NCBI GenBank assembly: GCA_011620345.1
Contig: WOZJ01000057.1
Coordinates: 1-64,000 of the forward strand
DNA: 64,000 nucleotides
Direction: 5' to 3'
DNA from: Nitrospirota bacterium
Lineage (GTDB): Bacteria; UBA2233
Shown piece by piece: positions 58,220 through 64,000 of the stretch. Numbering within the stretch: the stretch's first letter is position 1; every line of letters begins with the position of its first letter. The notes under the pieces are model-generated. The model searched no databases and was not told the origin of the DNA. It worked only from the letters and a program-made list of their open reading frames with translations. The position numbers and the translations under genes were made by a program.

Positions 58220-59944
58220 GTGTTTGGCTCCAAGACCTGGCTCTATCGCCCGCTCCCAAGCCCAGAAAAAACGCTTACACTGGCCAAAGATCTTCGTATT
58301 CACCCTCTTTTGGCGACGTTCCTGGTTCAGAGGGGGGTCTGCGACCCCTTAGAAGGGGAGCGTTTTTTAAACCCCACGTTAGACAGTATCCAAAGCCCTT
58401 GGATGTTCCGGGACATGGATGTTGCGACCAAGCGCGTCGTCAACGCCGTGTCCGCCAAAGAGCCGATCGGCGTGTTTGGCGATTACGATGTCGACGGGAT
58501 CTGCGCAACGGTCATCTTGTCCGATTATCTATCCAAACTAGGACTGAAAGTCTTCTATAAGAGCCCGGATCGGCAAAAGGAAGGCTACGGTCTGTCCATT
58601 GAAGGGCTCAAGAAGCTAAAAGGGCACGGGGCTAGGCTCGTGGTGGCCTGCGATTGTGGCTCGAGAGACCACAAGGCGTTGGAATACGCCAAAGAAGCTG
58701 GGCTCGAGGTGATCGTTCTTGACCACCACGAACCCCCCGATGCGCTTCCTCCGGCCTTTGCCTTGATTAACCCAAAGCGCAAAGACTGTCCTTCCGTGCA
58801 AAAAGGGCCATGTTCGGCCGCGGTAGTATTTTACTTTCTGATGGCCCTAGGCGAGTCGCTTGGGAACCCTTCCAATTTGCCCGGCCTAGACGGCTACCTT
58901 GAGCTCGTTGCGTTGGCAACGCTTGCTGACAGGGCCCCTTTGGTAATGGACAACCGCGTGTTCGTAAAACTTGGCCTCGAGCGGCTCATGAGCTCCGAAT
59001 GGATAGGCCTGGCAGAGCTAAAGCGGCTGGGGTTGGGGAACCCCTTTGCGCCCGTCTCCGAAAAGGATGCGAACTTTGTGTTGATTCCTCGGCTGAACGC
59101 GTCCGGGCGGATGGCTACGGCAAGGAATACGGTCAGGCTCCTTTTAAGCAGGAATCCCAAAGAAGCAAGGGAGCTCGCCGGCGAGATTGAGGCGATCAAT
59201 GCCGACAGAAGGCGATTGCAGAACGGTATCCTCGAAGAAGCGATGGAACAAGCACTTTTATGGGTCGAACAGGGAGCCCCCGCGATTGTTGTATCGGGCC
59301 GTGGCTGGCACCATGGAGTGGCGGGCATCGTGGCCGCGAAGCTGGCCGAGCGGTTCCATAGGCCGGCCATCGTGCTTGAGCGTCTCGAGGATGGAACTCT
59401 AAAGGGTTCCGGGCGCAGCGTTCCCGGTATTTCGTTGCTAGAGGGGCTTGAACATGCCAAGACCTACCTAGAGCGTTTCGGCGGCCACAAGTCTGCCTGC
59501 GGTGTTTCTCTCCATGAGCGTCAATTGCCATATTTTTTGAAAGCTTTTATGTCCGGCCTCGCTTCCAAGGCCAACGCCTCGGGTGGCGCCATGGTCCCCC
59601 TCTTGGTTGACGTGACCCTTAAACATGTCCCTTCAGAAGATGACTGGCTTGGGATTCTAGGTCCACTCTCCCCGTTCGGTGAGGCAAACCCCTACCCAAG
59701 GGTTCTCCTTCAAGCCGTATCTCTTGGCCAAACCAAGACAAGGAGTGGGCCCCTCGTCCTCACCCTAGAGGACGGCACGGAATTGGACCTGCAGGGCAAA
59801 TGGGGCGAAAACGACAAAATGGTCCATTTAGGAAACGCAGTTCTTGAAGCCCGGCTTGTCAGGAAAAGGCGGATTCGCCAAGTAGAATTTTTCCTCAAAG
59901 ATTTTCGACCCAGCCAAGAGGCTGAAGGCATCCCCCTGTCATAA
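58220..59944 (+). CDS. recJ: ssDNA exonuclease RecJ
   Basis: GDYDVDG, DCG, LDHH, PRLNASGR, KGSGRS, FGGH. Confidence 0.93.
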   Translation: MFGSKTWLYRPLPSPEKTLTLAKDLRIHPLLATFLVQRGVCDPLEGERFLNPTLDSIQSPWMFRDMDVATKRVVNAVSAKEPIGVFGDYDVDGICATVILSDYLSKLGLKVFYKSPDRQKEGYGLSIEGLKKLKGHGARLVVACDCGSRDHKALEYAKEAGLEVIVLDHHEPPDALPPAFALINPKRKDCPSVQKGPCSAAVVFYFLMALGESLGNPSNLPGLDGYLELVALATLADRAPLVMDNRVFVKLGLERLMSSEWIGLAELKRLGLGNPFAPVSEKDANFVLIPRLNASGRMATARNTVRLLLSRNPKEARELAGEIEAINADRRRLQNGILEEAMEQALLWVEQGAPAIVVSGRGWHHGVAGIVAAKLAERFHRPAIVLERLEDGTLKGSGRSVPGISLLEGLEHAKTYLERFGGHKSACGVSLHERQLPYFLKAFMSGLASKANASGGAMVPLLVDVTLKHVPSEDDWLGILGPLSPFGEANPYPRVLLQAVSLGQTKTRSGPLVLTLEDGTELDLQGKWGENDKMVHLGNAVLEARLVRKRRIRQVEFFLKDFRPSQEAEGIPLS

Positions 59945-60112
59945 CACCGGCAGGAACGCTCTCGTTTCATTCCATCGACCGTTCTTCTTTCGTTATTTTA
60001 GTTTGATTTCGATAGATGCATACGATGGTCCAAGCGGCCAGAGAAACGTTCACCAAAGATACACAAAGATAGAGCTGGAAACTCACAACCAGAAAAAGAT
60101 TCTGAGGATAGC

Positions 60113-60140
60113 TTGACATCTTCTTAACGGATGTTATACT
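60113..60140 (+). promoter_or_regulatory. Near-consensus sigma70 promoter
   Basis: TTGACA-16 bp-TATACT with extended -10 TG. Confidence 0.75.
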
Positions 60141-60198
60141 TCTTAGAAGAGAACAAAAAAGTATTTCTTCGTCAATTTTTTTTCAAGGAGGAAGAATT

Positions 60199-60405
60199 GT
60201 GGAAAAAGAACGGCCGACCAGGATAACCCGCAGGGAAAAGCTTCTTACAAGCAAGGAAGTTGCCGTGCGGCTTGGCATTAGCCCGGATACGGTAAACGAA
60301 TTCGCGAGGAAAAAAATCCTAAAAGGGTTTAAAAAGGGCCGTCAGTGGAGGTTCCGCATGCATGACGTAGCGCTTTTTGAAAAGACGTTCAAGAAAGTTG
60401 CTTAA
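60199..60405 (+). CDS. Small excisionase-like (HTH_17/BldC-like) DNA-binding protein
   Basis: AAGGAGG RBS; LLTSKEVAVRLGISPDTV...GRQWRF. Confidence 0.85.
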   Translation: MEKERPTRITRREKLLTSKEVAVRLGISPDTVNEFARKKILKGFKKGRQWRFRMHDVALFEKTFKKVA

Positions 60406-60443
60406 AGGTGCCGAGACGGTCGTTGAGTGACGAGGGGGTGGCC

Positions 60444-61031
60444 ATGGAGGTGGAGGTCTATTATGATGTTTCTAGCCCTTATACGTACCTTGCATTTACC
60501 CGCCTGTTTAATGTTATAGAACGGTACGGGGCCAAGCTCACACTCCTTCCGGTGTACTTGGGGGGTCTTTTCAAGGCGCTGGGGCGTACGCTTCCACACC
60601 CTAGCAAGCTTACGTACATGCAAAAAGACCTCAACGATTGGGCCTCCTTCCTTGGCGTTCCGCTGAAATTTCCGAGCGTCTTTCCGCTCAATTCAATCCA
60701 GGTGCAGCGGGGGGCGGTCTGGATGAAAGACCGCGGGCTCGAGGAGGACTACGTGAAGCGCGTATTCCCTGCCTATTGGGTGGAAGATCGCGACCTTTCC
60801 AAAGATGAAGAACTTTTGGATATTGTCAGTAGCCTTGGTGTAGACTCGCAAGACTTCCTTCAGGGGGTTCGCTCCGAAGAAGTCAAACAAAAACTGAAGG
60901 AAATCACAGAGGCGGCCCTCAGCCGGGGTGTTTTCGGCGTTCCGACTTTCTTTGTCTCCGGAGAGATGTTTTGGGGGAACGACCGCTTGCTGTTTGTCGA
61001 GAAAAAGCTCGAGGGTTCAAAACGTAGTTGA
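60444..61031 (+). CDS. 2-hydroxychromene-2-carboxylate isomerase/kappa GST (DsbA family)
   Basis: YDVSSPYTYLA, GVFGVPTF, FWGNDR. Confidence 0.88.
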   Translation: MEVEVYYDVSSPYTYLAFTRLFNVIERYGAKLTLLPVYLGGLFKALGRTLPHPSKLTYMQKDLNDWASFLGVPLKFPSVFPLNSIQVQRGAVWMKDRGLEEDYVKRVFPAYWVEDRDLSKDEELLDIVSSLGVDSQDFLQGVRSEEVKQKLKEITEAALSRGVFGVPTFFVSGEMFWGNDRLLFVEKKLEGSKRS

Positions 61032-61087
61032 GTTTACGTCGTTGCGTGGTAGAATAGGCGTAGAATAACTACGTTAGAGGGGTCGCC

Positions 61088-61525
61088 ATGAAGGCTCAAA
61101 AGATCCTTTGTCCTGTTGATTTTTCTGAAGATTCCAAAAAAGCCCTTCGTGTCGCTCTCGATTTAAAAAAACAGTTCGGGGCTACCCTAGACGTCGTGAC
61201 CGTAGTGATTGACCCGTTCGGCGACTACGTCCATCCGACGAAGGCTCGCTACATCGAATCGAGCAAGCAGTGGGCGATTGAAGACGCGAAGCAGGATCTA
61301 AAAAAGCTCAAAGAAGAGTTCTTCGCGGACGAGGAGGGGGTTGGGATGCACGTCCTCTTCGGCATTCCTGCGGAAGAGGTGCTGAACTTTGTCAAACAGG
61401 AAGGTCATGATCTGATTGTTATCGGAACCCATGGGAGACGTGGGATCGCGCGCCTCGTTATAGGGTCGGTTGCAGAGGAAGTGATTCGTAAGGCTACCTG
61501 TCCCGTGCTGACCGTGAGGCTTTAA
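61088..61525 (+). CDS. Universal stress protein
   Basis: ILCPVDFS, DLIVIGTHGR, GSVAE..CPVLTV. Confidence 0.93.
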   Translation: MKAQKILCPVDFSEDSKKALRVALDLKKQFGATLDVVTVVIDPFGDYVHPTKARYIESSKQWAIEDAKQDLKKLKEEFFADEEGVGMHVLFGIPAEEVLNFVKQEGHDLIVIGTHGRRGIARLVIGSVAEEVIRKATCPVLTVRL

Positions 61526-61565
61526 GACCCTATCGAAGCTCGAAAACTACGGAGGAAAAAAGGAT

Positions 61566-61991
61566 ATGCCTAGCCTTGATCTGGCCTACGAGAAACTTCA
61601 AGAGGGTGCAGAGATCGAGCCCCTTGTCAAAGGGCCGATTACAAAAGAGCAGCTAAAAGAGTATGGGCCGGCTGCGGGAGACCCGAATCCTATTCATCTA
61701 GACGACGAATTCGCCAAAATGGCCGGATATCCAGGGGTATTCGCGCACGGTATGCTCTCGATGGGTTTTCTTGGCCAGTTTCTTGCCGATCGTTTTGGCC
61801 TTGAGAGCATAAGAAAATTCAAAGTCAGGTTTGCGAGGATTACCTGGCCGGGAGAGGTCATCACCTGTATGGGCAAGGTGATCGGCAAGCGTGTCGAAAA
61901 CGGCGAGAAGCTCGTGGATCTTGAGCTTGCGACCCAGAACGAGAAAGGCGAAAAGAAAATTCTCGGAGAGGCAACCGTTCGGGTGGCTTAG
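61566..61991 (+). CDS. MaoC-family dehydratase
   Basis: GDPNPIHLD, AHGM. Confidence 0.88.
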   Translation: MPSLDLAYEKLQEGAEIEPLVKGPITKEQLKEYGPAAGDPNPIHLDDEFAKMAGYPGVFAHGMLSMGFLGQFLADRFGLESIRKFKVRFARITWPGEVITCMGKVIGKRVENGEKLVDLELATQNEKGEKKILGEATVRVA

Positions 61992-62024
61992 ATCTGCCCC
62001 CAAAAGTCTTGAATTCAGGGCCTC

Positions 62025-62735
62025 CTAGCCGGCAAAGTACTCCGGCGGAAACGAAGATTGAAGCTGCTTGAGGGCTGTCTGAACTTGCTTGGCGTCTTTC
62101 CCCTCGATTGTAACAAGCACGACAAACGGGTTGCTCTCGATTTTCGGGTAGGAGCCGATTTGGAGGTCGGGGTGCGCCTTTTGGATGGACGCGAGCGTTT
62201 GGGAGAGCCATGACTCCGGAACCAAAAATGTTATCGATTCTATAAAGTAAGGGTCGGCGGAGAACTGCGAGGCGATCACCTCTAACTTCTTCTGAAACAG
62301 CCTAGGAACTCCAGGGAGAACGTATACGTTCTCCATCCTCACGATAGGAAACGTTCCGTCGTCGGCCGGGATTAGGCTTGCTCCCTTCGGAATGTAAGCC
62401 ATGCGCATCTTTCCTTCGAGGTGTTGAGCCCCAAGCAAGGGAAAGAGGCTGGGTTCTTGGACAAGCGGGATGCCGAAGGCGTAGGCAATCGCTTCCATCG
62501 TAACGTCGTCATGGGTTGGTCCAATGCCCCCGGAGGTGATGATCGCGTCAAAAACGTGGCGCAGAGCATTGAGCTCTTGGGCGATGGCCCCGATTTCATC
62601 GGGGACAACGACGACCCGTTCGAGTCTGGATCCGAGTTCCCAGATGCGCTTTGCGAGATAAGGCGTATTTTGGTCTTCAACCTTTCCTGTCAGAATCTCG
62701 TTGCCCACGACGAGCAGGGCTAGCCTTAGTTCCAT
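62025..62735 (-). CDS. CinA-like molybdopterin-binding domain protein
   Basis: GNEIL.G...DQN, SGGIGPTHDD, LPGVP. Confidence 0.85.
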   Translation of the reverse strand: MELRLALLVVGNEILTGKVEDQNTPYLAKRIWELGSRLERVVVVPDEIGAIAQELNALRHVFDAIITSGGIGPTHDDVTMEAIAYAFGIPLVQEPSLFPLLGAQHLEGKMRMAYIPKGASLIPADDGTFPIVRMENVYVLPGVPRLFQKKLEVIASQFSADPYFIESITFLVPESWLSQTLASIQKAHPDLQIGSYPKIESNPFVVLVTIEGKDAKQVQTALKQLQSSFPPEYFAG

Positions 62736-62738
62736 GGT

Positions 62739-63086
62739 CTACCAGAACGCGTTCTCGATATGATGGATTTTCGGGGTGGATCCGCTAAAATCGATAAAAA
62801 CGCAATCAAACCGTGCCTCGTCTGTATCTGTTTCCATGGGATGTCTGAGTAGATAGGCTTGTGCAGCCGCTCGAAGCCTTCGTTGTTGAGCCCTGGTGAG
62901 CGCCTCCTCCAAAGGGATCGCCTCGATGTTCGTCCTCCCCTTTACCTCGACAAAGACGAGCGTCCGTCCTGTTCTCGCAACAAGGTCGATCTCCAGCCTG
63001 TGAAACCGGACATTCTGGCCTAGGATTGCAAAGCCTCGCTCAAGCAGAAACTCCTTGGCGAGCTGCTCAGCATGCTTGCCATTCAT
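62739..63086 (-). CDS. YraN family protein
   Basis: EIDLVA, LVFVEVKGR, RFD. Confidence 0.88.
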   Translation of the reverse strand: MNGKHAEQLAKEFLLERGFAILGQNVRFHRLEIDLVARTGRTLVFVEVKGRTNIEAIPLEEALTRAQQRRLRAAAQAYLLRHPMETDTDEARFDCVFIDFSGSTPKIHHIENAFW

Positions 63087-63687
63087 GGTGCTTTAGCGGT
63101 GCGAACGAGACGCGGTGTTCCGGGCATGGACCGAACATCCTGACTCTTTCTACGTGATAGCATGTAGGATACCCCTTGTGTACGGCAAACCCGTATGCCG
63201 GATAGCGGGCATCGAGCTTTTCCATGAGCCTATCCCGCATGGTTTTTGCAAGGATGCTGGCCGCGGCGATCGTACCCGAGAGCATATCTCCTTTAGGAAG
63301 AAGAATGCAGGGAGCTTCCGCCCTAGGGTCTAGCGTGCCGTCCACCAAAAGAATCGAAGGGGAGCATGGAAGCTCATCGAGCGCCCTTTTTGCGGCCAAG
63401 CGGAAGGCTCTTGAGATCCCAAGCGTATCTATTTCCGATGCCAGCGCGAACCCTACGGCCCACAGGCTGTTGAGGCCTACGAGAAGCTTGTGGGCCTTTA
63501 GCCGCTGGCCAGGAGTAAGTTTTTTGGAATCATCGAGCGCAAGGCTCTCCATCGTCGGCGTGTATGTAAACACACCTACCGCCAAAGGCCCGGCAATGGG
63601 GCCTCTCCCCGCCTCGTCCATCCCTGCGAGGCTTAGGCTCGGATCGCCCTGAAATAGCCTGTGCTCTAGGGCATACCCTGCGGCCAA
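63067..63687 (-). CDS. rnhB: Ribonuclease HII
   Basis: GMDEAGRGP, DSKKL, IAAASILAK, HKGYPT. Confidence 0.93.
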   Translation of the reverse strand: MAAGYALEHRLFQGDPSLSLAGMDEAGRGPIAGPLAVGVFTYTPTMESLALDDSKKLTPGQRLKAHKLLVGLNSLWAVGFALASEIDTLGISRAFRLAAKRALDELPCSPSILLVDGTLDPRAEAPCILLPKGDMLSGTIAAASILAKTMRDRLMEKLDARYPAYGFAVHKGYPTCYHVERVRMFGPCPEHRVSFAPLKHHEWQAC

Positions 63688-64000
63688 CTAAACTTCCTGC
63701 TCCCGGTAGGCTACTGTTCCCTTGAGCCTCGTGGCCCGTTTGCCCTTTAGGCCTCTTAGGTAGTATAGCCTGGCCCTGCGAACGTGGCCGCGGCTCAGGA
63801 TCTTGACGTCCGCGATCAACGGGGACATCGTAGGGAAGATTCTTTCGACACCCACGCCGTGAGAAATTTTTCGAACGGTAAACATACTGTCGGAACCGCC
63901 CTTGCGGATACGAATAATAATGCCCCGAAATACCTGGATGCGCTCCTTCTCGCCCTCGCGCACCCTGTAGTGAACTTCTACGGTATCGCCTACGCGTATG
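63688..64000 (-). CDS. rplS: 50S ribosomal protein L19 (5' end beyond window)
   Basis: [36 protein letters not shown]. Confidence 0.97.
   Translation of the reverse strand, partial: IRVGDTVEVHYRVREGEKERIQVFRGIIIRIRKGGSDSMFTVRKISHGVGVERIFPTMSPLIADVKILSRGHVRRARLYYLRGLKGKRATRLKGTVAYREQEV

Noticed and set aside
60199-60405. Prophage or ICE marked by an excisionase
   Set aside because: No integrase, att site or phage genes nearby.

Overview
Mostly core chromosome of a moderately GC-rich bacterium whose gene order (secA-argJ; coaBC/udg/nfeD-slipin/queA-tgt-yajC-secDF-recJ; rplS-rnhB-yraN) resembles former Deltaproteobacteria (inference). Contents: an AT-richer envelope gene block at 0.5-5.9 kb (OmpA lipoprotein + polytopic membrane protein + secreted vWA-like protein, flanked by DUF4282/DUF4870-like genes and a LemA remnant); egtBD; nadK-recN-argA-like-secA-argJ-ROK-recO; a minus-strand block (two thioesterases, orphan RsbR, Kef, ADH, multicopper oxidase pseudogene, tRNA-Pro, oxalate-CoA-ligase-like gene); a TCA gene run headed by a Re-type citrate synthase; hemE-hemN-hemH-hemY; ispH; and a Dnr/HcpR-like Crp/Fnr regulator divergent from an octaheme HAO-family cytochrome, with an FNR box between them and a sigma54-like motif aimed antisense through the regulator. 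I saw no integrase, transposase, CRISPR array or rRNA. Best candidates for undescribed biology: the OmpA/TM/vWA trio, the Re-citrate synthase TCA operon and the Crp-Fnr/octaheme module. All family calls are by eye from motifs; no searches were run.
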